Positions 1-10,381 are shown, numbered from the stretch's first letter. The stretch is 64,000 nucleotides of DNA from Candidatus Woesebacteria bacterium (GCA_016700095.1 CP065002.1:780175-844174), one strand, 5' to 3'. Notes: a model not told the origin generated them from the letters alone. Numbers and translations: made by a program.

Positions 1-410
1 TTTAAACTAAAAATCAATCACCAGAAAGTAGCTAGTTTACTTAATTCTCATTAATCATTTAGTATCATTCTTTCTTGACTCCTCGTCTCTATGGTTTAGA
101 TCAACCAGGTGTGGACACCCAATTGACAAGTAGTATGTATTTATTTTTGTTTGATCAGGTTGTTTAGAACCTTTGGGGTAAGCACAAAAATAACTAGGCT
201 CGATAGGAACATCTCTTTTAATTTCGTTCTTCATTTAATAAACCTAGTAGCAATTCCTTATTCAATTATTAGTACTTAATATCCCATATTACACAAGTAT
301 TATATTTTTATAATTACCGAATAATGTAATTTTTTCCTGTCAACTTTTCACCCAAGTTTATTATCTTGGCGTAGGTGAAATTAATATACAACTATTGTTT
401 TTTTAAAGTT

Positions 411-1760
411 TTATCCAATAACAAAATAATTGTCTTTTTTGTTTTCTAATACAATTGGATAATCAGAATCATCACCTAGTATATAATTATCATATGCAAG
501 TTTTAGTCTACTCCACGTAGTCCAATCAACTTCTTGTTCACTATAAAAACGCATATTCTCAACTCCTTCTGGGTTGACGGTCTGTGCGGCTTTTTGGGCA
601 TAAAAATTCATATGTTCCAACTCATGCATCGCAACAAAGTAAGGATCTTTGGTAGCTGGATCTACCCCTGCTAAAACCTTCCACTCGAAAGTACCTTCCC
701 CATGTGAAGCGAGTCTGGTATATTTTTTTGGATCGGTATAACTTTGGGTCGGATCAAGGTAAATTGGTCTTGTAGGGGCAAACATTTCATCTAAATCTAC
801 TTGATGCAAACTGACATTAAAACCTGCGTCGCTCCAATTTTCCGGACCAACCAATATTTGAATGCATTTAATACTTTGCGGTTTTGCCTGCTTTTCACTT
901 ATCGCAAGAAATAAATAATCCGTATCCACTGAGCCTCCCTCATCCCCACATCCTTTAGCAATCCCAACTCCACCAACTAAACCCCACTTCACAATCTCAT
1001 CTGTTGTAATAAATGGCAACAATTGCTCGTGACGCTCAAGCTGTTCATTATCCCCAGGTTTCCAATTTACCTGAAAACGATGTTTTGCCTCGTCTGCCGA
1101 AATTAGTGTTTGTAAAATTACTTTATGGTCTACATTTTGTAAACCCAAAAAAGCTTCTTGGGTTAAAGTAGGATTAGTTGTTAATAAAATTTTTAATTTT
1201 CTTTCTCCACCTTTTTTATATCGCTCCATTAATCCACCTTCACTAAATGCTGATTGCCTTATATGAAATCCTACATTGGGAGTATCAAATATTTCAATCC
1301 CTCGGTCAGCTAGATCTTTTCTACTAACTACATCCTTTGGTAATTTTTTTATTCCTTCGTTTGCAGATACTTCCTTTGGCGTAGGTGTAGAGACTACCTC
1401 GTTACCTTGCACACGTACAACCTGAGCAACCATGTGTTCATTTTTTTCATCCGCTTGTCTTTGAATCTCCAAAAGTTTTTCTCTATCAAATTCGCCTTTG
1501 TTGTTATTGTCTTCCCAGCTAACGGGAATGCCGTCTATGTACCATACCTTCACTCCATTCTCGTTAAAAACTAATTGTTCGGTTGGAGTAGCTTTTTTGT
1601 CTGGAGCAATTGGCGTTGTTGGCAGATTATTATGACCCTCGGCTACTTTATTTAGGTTAATCCCTTTTGTAGCTGCGGCTGCAGCTGCGCTACCAAACAA
1701 AATTGTCCCACTAATAATCTTCATAGCAGTTCTTCTATCCATTCCCTTTTCTTCAGCCAT
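411..1760 (-). CDS. Secreted protein with Tat-like N-terminus (DRRTAMKII...AAAAAA) and C-terminal HExxH motif (HELEHMNF); putative zinc metallopeptidase, family unknown
   Basis: 449-aa ORF with an N-terminal twin-arginine-like signal followed by a hydrophobic/Ala stretch and an HELEH motif. No family match recalled. Confidence 0.4.
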   Translation of the reverse strand: MAEEKGMDRRTAMKIISGTILFGSAAAAAATKGINLNKVAEGHNNLPTTPIAPDKKATPTEQLVFNENGVKVWYIDGIPVSWEDNNNKGEFDREKLLEIQRQADEKNEHMVAQVVRVQGNEVVSTPTPKEVSANEGIKKLPKDVVSRKDLADRGIEIFDTPNVGFHIRQSAFSEGGLMERYKKGGERKLKILLTTNPTLTQEAFLGLQNVDHKVILQTLISADEAKHRFQVNWKPGDNEQLERHEQLLPFITTDEIVKWGLVGGVGIAKGCGDEGGSVDTDYLFLAISEKQAKPQSIKCIQILVGPENWSDAGFNVSLHQVDLDEMFAPTRPIYLDPTQSYTDPKKYTRLASHGEGTFEWKVLAGVDPATKDPYFVAMHELEHMNFYAQKAAQTVNPEGVENMRFYSEQEVDWTTWSRLKLAYDNYILGDDSDYPIVLENKKDNYFVIG

Positions 1761-2194
1761 AAACTTATTATCTCATATAATATTTTGAGAAAAAAATTAT
1801 TACGTGAATAGCCATAATAATTATTGTTAAAACCACAATCGATACCACAGTATGTTTACATAGACCGAAGGCTTATTTGAGAAACGTAATGAAAATTACC
1901 ACTTATACAAATAAACACCATTGTCCATGAAGAAATGTTGGTTAACGAAATCTGACTTTCATCTAATGTAAATATGCCAAGGTCAGAATTGTTACCCCAT
2001 TTTGTTGTGTTATAAACATCTTTGGATAATTAAGCGCTGTCTCCATACCAACCATAGTGGTATTTACATTATTTCTCCAATCTTCGTTCATTTCAGTCTT
2101 TCATCTAATATCCTATATTGTTTTCAATCTCACAATCTGACAAAAAACATCCAGTTTTACTAAACAACTTTATAACAGTAGAATTATTTATAAC

Positions 2195-3379
2195 ATGTAT
2201 TGGGATAGATTCCGTAAATATATAATCCGCAAAAGATATCTAAAATTCGCGCTATTGGGCATTTTGATCATTACTGTATTGCTATTTATTATAACTGCAA
2301 ATAATTTTTCCACTTTTGTTTTCAAGGAACCGACAAAAGGTGTGCCATCCATGAACCCAATTACATCCCCAACCGTGCCATCAAGCACACCAAAACAAAA
2401 TAGTAGTTATATAAATATCGATCCGGTTGAAAGTCCAAACGGCAAGTACGTCGCGCTTCTTTATTTTTCCCGAACTGATATGCACGAAAACTGGACAGCC
2501 TCACTTAACATACAACCTCGTTCACGCGATTATTATACCGCCGACTCATCAGGAAAAGAACCGATCAGATGGTCGTTTGAAGTAAATGAAAACGATCCTT
2601 ACATAGATATTCTCACAAAGGAAATTAACACCCTTGGCAAACTAAGAAGCAGTTCCGATCTCACGGGAATAATTACCTGGAACGACTCGAATAATGTGAT
2701 GGCACTTCTTACTCCCGATAAAGTTGTTATATTTTACTTTGATGTGACAAGTCCATATAGCACACGCTTACAACCGGCTGACAGTAATTCAATCGACTAC
2801 AAAGAGGCATTGGTATTAAAAAACATTGAAACATTTCAACAACCAGAACTCGGTGAACGCGATAATCAGTCATACCGGATGTTCTTTTCCGGTGACAGTA
2901 AGTATTTTTATTTTGGGCCAACCCCAAAACAATCTATATTTAAACTTCATCTTGCAAGCGGTGAAATTACCGAGTACCAAAGTAAGTTCAATCAATATCC
3001 AATCCCCAACCAAAGCGGCACAGCGGAATGGAAAGAAAGCGCCAATCTAGACAAAACGCTGGTACTTAATTCAGATAAAGAAACAAAAACTTTCGCTATT
3101 CCCGGTAGCGCCCAAATTGATTATCTTGGAAATATCTTGTTATCACCAGATCTCAAACATGCCTGCATTGAATGGGGTAGTTCGGGTTACTGGGGATATG
3201 AAATAGTAACTTTGACTCCCGTTAGCAAACTTAAATCCGGTCAACAATATTCTTTCTGCAGAAAATGGATTAATGAAAATGAAGTCATTGTTGCTGAAAG
3301 ACCTTATCACTTTGGTGGTACTTACTTTTTTAACTATAACGTAATTTCAAAAAAAGAATTGTTTATCGACAGTTTGTAG
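2195..3379 (+). CDS. Hypothetical membrane-anchored/secreted protein
   Basis: 394-aa ORF with a single N-terminal TM helix (LLGILIITVLLFIIT) and a large soluble domain. No recognisable motifs. Confidence 0.45.
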   Translation: MYWDRFRKYIIRKRYLKFALLGILIITVLLFIITANNFSTFVFKEPTKGVPSMNPITSPTVPSSTPKQNSSYINIDPVESPNGKYVALLYFSRTDMHENWTASLNIQPRSRDYYTADSSGKEPIRWSFEVNENDPYIDILTKEINTLGKLRSSSDLTGIITWNDSNNVMALLTPDKVVIFYFDVTSPYSTRLQPADSNSIDYKEALVLKNIETFQQPELGERDNQSYRMFFSGDSKYFYFGPTPKQSIFKLHLASGEITEYQSKFNQYPIPNQSGTAEWKESANLDKTLVLNSDKETKTFAIPGSAQIDYLGNILLSPDLKHACIEWGSSGYWGYEIVTLTPVSKLKSGQQYSFCRKWINENEVIVAERPYHFGGTYFFNYNVISKKELFIDSL

Positions 3380-3669
3380 GTTGATTTAATAAATTGAAGT
3401 AGTATTAACAAACCAGGAAGATACCGTTATCACAATGTAAAAAATATTTACCTATGTTTCGAATGCAGATTGGCAAGACTGGCAAATTATAACTATTGTT
3501 ACAATTTAATAAATATTAATATTGTCGTGTCCTTTGAATCTATTAGTGTATATTTTTCGGCGTTTTTCATCGGACGGAAACAAATTTACTTGGCAAGTGG
3601 GATCAATCGTCTTCAAAAAAGTAGACATATTGACCATGAAATCAACCGCGTCTATTGTTGGCGGTTTGT

Positions 3670-4065
3670 CTAAATCCCTGACGGTTCGGGTATACATGCC
3701 ATCGAAATTAATTTTTTATGACCTTGTTGAATCTTGTCTGAGATTTTGTTTACCGATTCCTCAAAATGCATAATCGGCTCTACGCTTTTTTCACCTGATT
3801 TTGCCAGCGAAGTAAACAAAACAATTTCCCTTTCACCATAGGTAACTACATAATCCATTTTTCGCGGGTACCATCTGTCGAATAATTTTCTTAAAGGTCG
3901 TCTTTCGCCAACATGAACGTCATCATACAGACCAACACTTGCTCCAATTTTCTCCAAAAATAGAACTGCATCCGCACCAATTATACTAGTTAAGTAAGCG
4001 ATATCTTTTTCGTTGGCAGGAGTTCGTTCAAATTTGTTTTGGTTTGGGGTAACTTCTTCCGACAT
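3670..4065 (-). CDS. Hypothetical protein (131 aa)
   Basis: Clean ORF in an AT-rich context. Function unknown. Confidence 0.35.
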   Translation of the reverse strand: MSEEVTPNQNKFERTPANEKDIAYLTSIIGADAVLFLEKIGASVGLYDDVHVGERRPLRKLFDRWYPRKMDYVVTYGEREIVLFTSLAKSGEKSVEPIMHFEESVNKISDKIQQGHKKLISMACIPEPSGI

Positions 4066-4729
4066 TAATTAATTATAGCGAATTTATAAGGTGCATTTAT
4101 ATGCAACTGGATTGTTTAAGTCTGTCATATTTTTGACGTTAATGAGGTGTATCGAATTAAAAACACATATATTACCGAAAAGATAATAATATGTGTATCT
4201 TGAATACTATTAATATAGATAAATTATTGATTAAGCTTATTGACGGTATAGCCTTTGTCAAAAATAAGCAGTAACAATGAAACACTCACCAAACTGGTCA
4301 CTATACCAATAACAATTTTGTTACTAGAAATGGCGTATGGTGAAATCGAAGCCAAAGTAATTATTAAAAAGACAATTAGCAATCTAACACTTTTTTGTTT
4401 GCTAACTACTACCTCATCGGCCAAAAAATACATGGGGATGATAACTAAATCTCGAATCTGAGTGCTCGGTTGTCATAAGTAAAATTATACTCAAGAGATC
4501 AATTAATGTTGACTAGCCTTACGGCAAAGGTCGGACATTGTATGGAAAAAGTTAAACTTCCAGAATTTCTATCAATGCTTAATTATAACTATGCAGAAAA
4601 CGTGTTTAGTTTAAGGGATACTTTGTCATCTCATAAATCAATAATGGACCTAATTCTTACTATTTTTTTGCGACTTGTGTAATGTAAACTTAAGTATTCA
4701 AATTAAAAGAAAATTTGTATACTTACAAT

Positions 4730-5209
4730 GTGGCATTACCAAGTCAAAACACTAAAGCTCCCAAATTCTCCTTACCCGATGAGAATGGTCGGATTAACAC
4801 TTTAAACAAGTATCGCGGAAAGTGGGTTCTTTTATACTTTTATCCCAAAGACGATACACCTGGTTGCACCAAAGAGGCTTGCAAAATCCGTGACAATTTT
4901 TCAGAATTTGAAAAACTCAATGCTGTAGTTTTAGGTGTAAGTGCAGATAGCATTGCGATTCATAAAAAGTTCAAAGAAAAGTATACTTTACCGTTTATAC
5001 TTCTTTCCGATATTGATAAAAAAGTAATTAACGCTTATGGAGTCTGGCAAGAAAAGAACATGTTGGGTAAAAAATATTTTGGCATTGCCAGAACTTCGTT
5101 TTTGATTAATCCAAAAGGTAATATCGCGAAAGTTTATGAAAACGTAAATCCAGTTACGCATGCTTTTCTAGTCATAAAGGATTTAATAAAGTTGAAAGAT
5201 AATTTATGA
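4730..5209 (+). CDS. bcp: Thiol peroxidase / peroxiredoxin Bcp (bacterioferritin comigratory protein family)
   Basis: Canonical FYPKDDTPGCTKEAC peroxidatic/resolving Cys motif and AhpC/TSA fold pattern. The likely true start is GTG at 4730 (TATACT -10 box then 6 nt), rather than the TTG at 4715 used by the ORF track. Confidence 0.85.
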   Translation: MALPSQNTKAPKFSLPDENGRINTLNKYRGKWVLLYFYPKDDTPGCTKEACKIRDNFSEFEKLNAVVLGVSADSIAIHKKFKEKYTLPFILLSDIDKKVINAYGVWQEKNMLGKKYFGIARTSFLINPKGNIAKVYENVNPVTHAFLVIKDLIKLKDNL

Positions 5210-5280
5210 CAGAATGGTCGGACAATGCACGCTAAGAATCGCAAAATTATGAAATAATCATCTTATGCTATAAATAATCA

Positions 5281-5667
5281 ATGCATGTTGGAATAAACCA
5301 TGTAACCATTGTCGTAAACGACAAAAGTAAAGCTCAATATTTTTATTGCGATTTACTGGGTTTAGAGAAAAAAGTAATTGGAAAATCTTTGTGGGTGAAA
5401 GTTGGAAATCAATATATCCATATTAACGAAAATCCAAATCAAATACGAAAGAATACTTTTCACCATTTTGCCATAACAATAGAAGGCTTAATCCCATTTT
5501 TACAAAATCTAATCAGTAAAGGTGTTCGAGTCTTTGACACCGACGATGGCACTTCCATGAAAGACACCAATACTAATTTAGATTGTCCCAAACGTAATTA
5601 CTTTGCTTATGACCCTTCGGGTAATTTAGTGGAGTTTATAGATTCCACTAACAATTTTTTCAAGTAA
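5281..5667 (+). CDS. VOC (glyoxalase/bleomycin-resistance/dioxygenase) family protein
   Basis: N-terminal INHVTIVVNDKSKAQYFYCDLLGLE matches the glyoxalase-fold signature. The ATG is preceded by TATAAA then 6 nt. Confidence 0.7.
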   Translation: MHVGINHVTIVVNDKSKAQYFYCDLLGLEKKVIGKSLWVKVGNQYIHINENPNQIRKNTFHHFAITIEGLIPFLQNLISKGVRVFDTDDGTSMKDTNTNLDCPKRNYFAYDPSGNLVEFIDSTNNFFK

Positions 5668-5722
5668 ACGCGATAACTCTAAAAAAATATAATCGTGAGA
5701 AGAAATATTTGCAATAGGTCTA

Positions 5723-5956
5723 TTGCAATCTGAGGATGAATTAAATTCAACATCAACAAAAACCATTAATGAGAAGCTTGTTCAAATATTGTCCGTAACA
5801 AATAAAATTACTCGAGACGGTAGAAAGATATACATCTTGAGGTTAGATAATGGCACAATTATCGAAATATTGCCTTCATTTTTTACAACGCACAGTAGCA
5901 CCGAAGAAGTTCACCAAAACATCGAAGAAGTCATATCAAACATAGAAAGCATTTGA
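5723..5956 (+). CDS. Small hypothetical protein (77 aa)
   Basis: ORF only. No motifs. Confidence 0.3.
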   Translation: MQSEDELNSTSTKTINEKLVQILSVTNKITRDGRKIYILRLDNGTIIEILPSFFTTHSSTEEVHQNIEEVISNIESI

Positions 5957-6164
5957 TTAGAAAATAATCATAATTAAGAAGTTACTGTTTCTACTTTGTA
6001 TCCAGTCAAGACAATCATTTATCTAAAAATATTTTGTGAACTTAAAGAAATCCAATTTTACAAGTAACCAAGAAGCCTTCAAAGACGGGCAAAATGCCGC
6101 ATTAGTGTGAAAAAACAAGATGTGGATAAGTGCAGGACTTATTTAGCCAAAGCTCCCAAGCTAT

Positions 6165-6713
6165 TCAATAATATTTTCCTAGTACTTCAAAATCGTGTTT
6201 ATCTTGAATCCTGAGGTCTTGACCTTCTTTAAAGTGCCTTTTCTTTTGATCTAATACTCTTAACGGATTTTCTATTCTAATTTTTATACCTTCAAACTCA
6301 ACTGTCTCATTTTCATACCATTTTCTATGTGCATCAACATATTTCCCTTCTTTATTTATTTCCAGAACACCATTTGTTAATTTGAACGGCCACATATCAA
6401 CAATTTCCTGACAGTCTTTGTCAAGCACTTTACACGTTTCGGGATAACTATCAGAGGCAGGCTCATCAATTTTGTATCCGTTTTCCACGAACCAACTTTT
6501 CCACCATTCATAGTCATCTAACATCGGATGAAAATCAATATCATGATGATTTCTAGTTACTTTACCTACATATAAATCAATCGCCAATCCTCCACCTATG
6601 AAATACTCCTTGGTATAGTTTTCAGCCGTCTTTGAAATCTTTTTTGCCAACTCAAACAAACTAAATGTATATGTATCTATTTTTGTATTTTTTGCAAATC
6701 TTGTATTTGGCAT
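6165..6713 (-). CDS. ANT(2'')-Ia-like nucleotidyltransferase (aminoglycoside-2''-adenylyltransferase family fold)
   Basis: The motif FIGGGLAIDLYVGKVTRNHHDIDF closely matches the GGGWAID...RxHxDID active-site region of the ANT(2'') family (recalled from memory). The -10 box TGATATACT lies 6 nt before the ATG. Confidence 0.6.
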   Translation of the reverse strand: MPNTRFAKNTKIDTYTFSLFELAKKISKTAENYTKEYFIGGGLAIDLYVGKVTRNHHDIDFHPMLDDYEWWKSWFVENGYKIDEPASDSYPETCKVLDKDCQEIVDMWPFKLTNGVLEINKEGKYVDAHRKWYENETVEFEGIKIRIENPLRVLDQKKRHFKEGQDLRIQDKHDFEVLGKYY

Positions 6714-6745
6714 ATATGAAGTATATCAGAGGTGAATAACATGAC

Positions 6746-6802
6746 GGGTAAAATATCCTGCCATTCTGAAATTTCAATGTAAGGTGGGAATGAGTTTAGA
6801 AC
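6746..6802 (+). repeat. R-A intergenic repeat, copy 1 (variant ...cctgccattctgaaatttcaatgtaaggtgggaatgagtttagaac)
   Basis: Near-identical to copy 5 at 12435-12491. Related to the ...gctaaatgcattgtcctgagcattgccgaagggggatgagtttagaac variant at 7128, 11115 and 18926. Confidence 0.8.
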
Positions 6803-6874
6803 CGGATTCGCCATTTAGACATACTACTGCCCATTCATCTTGACCGAAAAGATTTCATATGGGAATATGGGATT
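6803..6874 (+). promoter_or_regulatory. Conserved leader/promoter of the small coiled-coil gene family (cggattcgccatttagacatactactgcccattcatcTTGACC-N17-GAATAT-N6-ATG)
   Basis: About 72 nt conserved nearly verbatim upstream of the ATG at 6875, 11236 and 12564. A 45-nt truncated copy lies before 7862. TTGACC is a consensus-like -35, there is a 17-nt spacer, and the -10 box sits 6 nt from the ATG, which predicts a leaderless mRNA. Confidence 0.55.
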
Positions 6875-7093
6875 ATGAGTGATACAAAAATACTTCAAGC
6901 AATTCTTGATGGACAAAAATCTATTCGAGACGATATTAAAAAAGTAGAAAAGAAAGTGGATAACAATGGGATGAGAATAGATAAGCTAGGATTGCAAATC
7001 GCAGATTTGGAAGACGACGCACCTACAATTGAAGAGTTTGATAAACTTGAAAAAAGACTAGAAAAGGTGGAAGAAAAAGTCGCTTCTTTGTAA
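6875..7093 (+). CDS. Small coiled-coil protein, paralog A1 (MSDTKILQ... family)
   Basis: 72-aa ORF. One of four paralogs sharing the N-terminus MSDTKILQAILDGQ and the C-terminus LEDDAPT(I/V)(E/D)EFD.L(E/V).R..KVE.KVA. No homolog recognised. Confidence 0.6.
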   Translation: MSDTKILQAILDGQKSIRDDIKKVEKKVDNNGMRIDKLGLQIADLEDDAPTIEEFDKLEKRLEKVEEKVASL

Positions 7094-7127
7094 AAGTATT
7101 TCATTGCTTCAGATTGATAATTGTAGT

Positions 7128-7177
7128 GGGCTAAATGCATTGTCCTGAGCATTGCCGAAGGTGGATGAGTTTAGAAC
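7128..7177 (+). repeat. R-A intergenic repeat, copy 2 (gggctaaatgcattgtcctgagcattgccgaaggtggatgagtttagaac)
   Basis: Lies between the convergent 3' ends of A1 and the C39-like gene. Same element as 11115-11164 and 18926-18974. Confidence 0.8.
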
Positions 7178-7221
7178 ATATTTGAAATCATGATCCACAC
7201 ACCCACAATAAACACTGGATA

Positions 7222-7731
7222 TTATTTATAAATCGCAATTATTTGCCTGATGATTAAATCTTCCCATTTTTCAATGAAGTTAGAGGTGTAATCAAACCAA
7301 ACTCTATAGAAATCTTCTCGTTTTATTTTTCGCACTCTCCCCACTTCCGGGTCTTGTAAATAAATACTCGTTTCATCCAAACCAATTATGACTGAATAGT
7401 GTCCATCTGCAACTTCATCTTCTGGGTAATAATATCGACCCCTAGTAAACCAGTTAACTATTACAGGTACTCCTTTCTTAAGCCAACCCAAGATATCATC
7501 AAAATTAGACTCATTTTTTATTTCTACCCTAAATCCAAGTGATTCAGCAGCTTTCTTCATAGATTTGTCATCTGTACCCAAGTCAGCATCTCTATTGCAC
7601 AATTTTGCTAATTCTTTCTCGCTTTTTTTCATACCGTAATAATTTAGTACGATCTTCAGCGAAGCTGGACCACAGTAACCACCTCCAAGAGTTTCTTGAA
7701 ATGATTTAACATCTAACATTATATTTTTCAT
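7222..7731 (-). CDS. Peptidase C39-like (papain-fold cysteine peptidase) domain protein
   Basis: GGGYCGPASLKIVLNYYG carries the catalytic Cys and DGHYSVIIG the catalytic His, the signature of C39/C39-like domains. No ABC-transporter domain is attached. Confidence 0.6.
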   Translation of the reverse strand: MKNIMLDVKSFQETLGGGYCGPASLKIVLNYYGMKKSEKELAKLCNRDADLGTDDKSMKKAAESLGFRVEIKNESNFDDILGWLKKGVPVIVNWFTRGRYYYPEDEVADGHYSVIIGLDETSIYLQDPEVGRVRKIKREDFYRVWFDYTSNFIEKWEDLIIRQIIAIYK

Positions 7732-7816
7732 AATTTCTTTATCATTATATCTTTAAACACCTCCTGAAGTTTAAGTTCTTTACAACTTTTACTGGCAACG
7801 ATCCTGGATCCTGTTA

Positions 7817-7861
7817 CCCATTCATCTTGACCGAAAAGATTTCATATGGGAATATGGGATT
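7817..7861 (+). promoter_or_regulatory. Truncated copy of the A-gene leader/promoter (TTGACC-N17-GAATAT-N6-ATG)
   Basis: The last 45 nt of the conserved leader are identical to those at 6830-6874. Confidence 0.5.
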
Positions 7862-8074
7862 ATGAGTGATACAAAAATACTTCAAACTCTTATCGATGGA
7901 CAAGTAAAACTTCAAAAACAAATTGAAGATGGATTCAAACAGGTAAATACAAGACTTGACATAATCGGTTCCGATGTTGCACATCTTCAGGATGATGCAC
8001 CAACGGTTGACGAATTTGATCAGCTTGTCGAGAGAGTATATAAGGTTGAGAAAAAAGTAGCTACATTTCAGTAA
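7862..8074 (+). CDS. Small coiled-coil protein, paralog A2
   Basis: 70 aa. Conserved termini with a divergent middle relative to A1 and A4. Confidence 0.6.
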   Translation: MSDTKILQTLIDGQVKLQKQIEDGFKQVNTRLDIIGSDVAHLQDDAPTVDEFDQLVERVYKVEKKVATFQ

Positions 8075-8140
8075 ACCCTCATTTATTTATAAAAGTTGTG
8101 GCAGATAAAATTTCGTGCCACATCATGGCTCTGGCAAAGT

Positions 8141-8196
8141 ATGGGGGTGAGTAGAAAACCGGTTTGGCTATATAATCCCCACTCTTACTCACTTTT
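8141..8196 (+). repeat. R-C repeat copy 1 (atgggggtgagtagaaaaccggtttggctatataatccccactcttactcactttt)
   Basis: A second copy at 12867-12922 differs by 1-2 nt. Both abut the 3' end of a minus-strand gene downstream of an A gene. The element has an embedded TATAAT and crossing inverted segments (gggg/cccc and tgagta/tactca). Confidence 0.75.
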
Positions 8197-8828
8197 TATA
8201 AAATGATATTTAATCTTAGGATTGCCATAGTGAGTGATAGAAGACCAAACAGTACTAGCTCTAGGAAATTATATTTGAAGTATTTCCAGAGCAGCGGATC
8301 ATTCCTCAATGAAAATACTTTGGCTATATATCTCCAATAATAGAAATCGACAATTAATAATACAGAGTAAATAATTAAACCACCGCTGGATAAGCTGTTA
8401 AAATAATCTAGCACGATTGCAAATACCAATATCAGCAATCCTCTTGAGAAGAAATATGAGGGTACCAAAAGTACAAAGCTCATAACTTTCATTAAACCCG
8501 ATAACTGATTCCATTCAGTAGAGTTGTCTTTTGTTTTTGCAAGCCTTAGCGTAGGAATGAGTATTATAGAAATTGATAACAAGATAGAGTAAATTTGGTT
8601 CAATCCCCTACTAACACTTAAACTGTAGTAAGAAAGTACGAGTATATAGTCTAAGAATATAAAAAATCCTAACACTGCAATAAACGAAGGAACCAACAAT
8701 ATTATTATGAAACGTTCACGTTTTTTCTTCTGTTTTTTCGTGAGCCAGTTGTTTATATTGGTATTTTTTGCTAAATAAAAAGCTAAATATAAAGTAAAAA
8801 ATGCCCCAAGTATAAGAACAGCATCCAT
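8196..8828 (-). CDS. Polytopic membrane protein (about 6 TM), unknown function
   Basis: Hydrophobic helices throughout. The -10 box TGGTATACT lies 6 nt upstream of the ATG. Confidence 0.5.
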   Translation of the reverse strand: MDAVLILGAFFTLYLAFYLAKNTNINNWLTKKQKKKRERFIIILLVPSFIAVLGFFIFLDYILVLSYYSLSVSRGLNQIYSILLSISIILIPTLRLAKTKDNSTEWNQLSGLMKVMSFVLLVPSYFFSRGLLILVFAIVLDYFNSLSSGGLIIYSVLLIVDFYYWRYIAKVFSLRNDPLLWKYFKYNFLELVLFGLLSLTMAILRLNIIL

Positions 8829-8846
8829 AAAGGAAGTATACCAGAA

Positions 8847-8904
8847 GTTCGAACCAACACAGGTGTCTATACAATTTTATGTAATTTCTGAAGCTAAAAA
8901 CGAA
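8847..8904 (+). repeat. Shared 58-nt segment (gttcgaaccaacac..gtctatacaatttt..gaagctaaaaacgaagcggg) that precedes the R-B or tRNA-3' element
   Basis: A second copy at 23161-23218 is about 85% identical. A partial copy (gaggctaaaaatcgaggcggg) lies at 22105-22126. Confidence 0.6.
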
Positions 8905-8951
8905 GCGGGACTTAGTGCCTGCCCGCTTTTAGAGGGAACGATGTTCGAACC
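8905..8951 (+). repeat. R-B repeat copy 1 (gcgggacttagtgcctgcccgcttttagagggaacgatgttcgaacc); left end of the 1.47-kb duplication
   Basis: The family has eight copies, long form about 47 nt. It has an internal gcggg/cccgc inverted repeat and a palindromic gttcgaac. Confidence 0.85.
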
Positions 8952-8965
8952 TATTTACATAAGTA

Positions 8966-9451
8966 TTAGCAAAAACCTCTCAGATATTTTTCGATTGTAC
9001 CTAATCCCATTTCTTTTCGAAGTCTATTTAATTTCTTCTTATCTGTTACTTGATATAATTCCCATCTATTAGTCTTTTTGTCAAATGACACTTGTGTACC
9101 ATAAATCTGCCTTTTCCCTTCATACATTAAAATTCTATCAGTTAAAAATGCTATATTTTTTAGGGCAATGTCATTTTTGTGTTTCAGCATCATTTTGAGA
9201 TAAGCTTTTTGGAATTTCAAATCGGGTGAGTGTTGTACCAAAAGCCATGCATTACACGAAGCCTTCTTGCCCACTTTTGAGATAGTTGGCAGTCCGATAT
9301 CTGCGACTATGCTCTTTAATCTTTTGGTGTTTTCTCTATCAACTTTATTTATTTTATCCCAAAGTGTTTTTGAATCTTCGCTTTCCAACTTTTTTCTCAG
9401 CTCTTGGTCAATTTTAGCCAAATCATTTATTTCAGCAGCATGCCATTTCAT
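8966..9451 (-). CDS. Hypothetical protein (161 aa), duplicated gene copy 1
   Basis: 100% identical in protein to 15399..15884. The promoter TTTTGATATACT lies 6 nt before the ATG. Confidence 0.5.
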   Translation of the reverse strand: MKWHAAEINDLAKIDQELRKKLESEDSKTLWDKINKVDRENTKRLKSIVADIGLPTISKVGKKASCNAWLLVQHSPDLKFQKAYLKMMLKHKNDIALKNIAFLTDRILMYEGKRQIYGTQVSFDKKTNRWELYQVTDKKKLNRLRKEMGLGTIEKYLRGFC

Positions 9452-9579
9452 ACTTGAAGTATATCAAAAGCAATTAAGAGCGGAACTCATCACACAAGCA
9501 ACTTGAGAGCGTAGTTGTTGTTTGCAAATAAACAGTGAGGTTTTTGTTTATCCGGCAAACAGTGCTACACTGAATAACA

Positions 9580-10244
9580 ATGAGGAAGGGCTTTGTCCAT
9601 CTTTTGACACCAATTGTTCTTGTTTTGATTGTTGTAGGTGCACTTTTTATCTTAACAGAAATAAATCTAATCCAGATAAATTAACTGATATTCAAAACGA
9701 TACTGAGATGGTTGTTGAGAAAACGGACATTGACCCACAACCCGAAACCACTACGCCAACTGGTCAAAGTGTCAAGTTACCAAAAACAGTTAAACCATCA
9801 CCAACCGCTGCACAGAACTCATCAAACAGTAATACTAACACAAAACAAAATCCAACTAGCACTAGCACCCCAGCACCTACTTCTACACAAATAATTACTA
9901 GTTCGCCAGCAACACCACCCACGACTGCCCCAAAGAATCAGATGGGATATGTATTTAGTAAAAACTCGATTGACACTGTCGTAAATAACACCGGTCAAGT
10001 GTATGGAGTACTTTCATTCACTTCTACAGGATCCACAAGTTTTCTGTTTTCAGGTACACCACAGTATCAGGGAGGCATAAATTGGCGTCCAGCCTCAGGA
10101 GCAAACTATGCAGGCCAAACAATACAACTAGAGATACAAGTGTTTAGCAACGTTCCTGAAGGTGTTTATGAAGGAACAATGACCTTTACTGACAAAACTA
10201 CGGGAATAACAAAAGATTTCTCTACGAAACTCACCGTTCTGTAG
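9580..10244 (+). pseudogene. Frameshifted copy of the Thr/Pro-rich surface-protein gene (intact copy at 16013..16678)
   Basis: The ATG at 9580 runs into a T5 tract at 9644-9648 (T6 in the intact copy), giving a stop after 34 codons. The remaining 206 codons are identical to the intact copy but in another frame. Confidence 0.6.
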
Positions 10245-10325
10245 CCAGTCTGATATTCGCACCGCAGTCGAACAAACAAGATGTAAAACCTTCCTCAAAT
10301 TTTGGCAAATCGTGAACTAAAGTTG

Positions 10326-10372
10326 GCATGGCTTAGTGCCTGTCCGCCCTTGGATGGAACGATGTTTGAAAC
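10326..10372 (+). repeat. R-B repeat copy 2 (gcatggcttagtgcctgtccgcccttggatggaacgatgtttgaaac); right end of the duplication
   Basis: Same family as copy 1 at 8905. Confidence 0.8.
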
Positions 10373-10381
10373 TGGTATTTA

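Larger units (their letters stand above)
8905..10377 (+). repeat. Direct duplication copy 1 (about 1.47 kb) of 15338-16811
   Basis: The encoded 161-aa proteins are identical and the surface-protein genes are near-identical. Only three nucleotide differences were noticed by eye. Both ends are R-B elements. Confidence 0.85.

Noticed and set aside
3400-4714. Possible ncRNA or IS remnant in the AT-rich intergenic stretches
   Set aside because: No inverted terminal repeats, no transposase fragments and no recognisable riboswitch or RNA motifs could be identified by eye. Left unannotated.
9522-10244. 240-aa ORF-track protein beginning MQINSEVFVYPANSATLNNNEEGLCPSFDTNCSCFDCCRC
   Set aside because: The first 45 residues are an out-of-frame read-through of the 5' UTR and the signal-peptide region of the duplicated surface-protein gene. 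The real gene is the frameshifted copy of 16013..16678.
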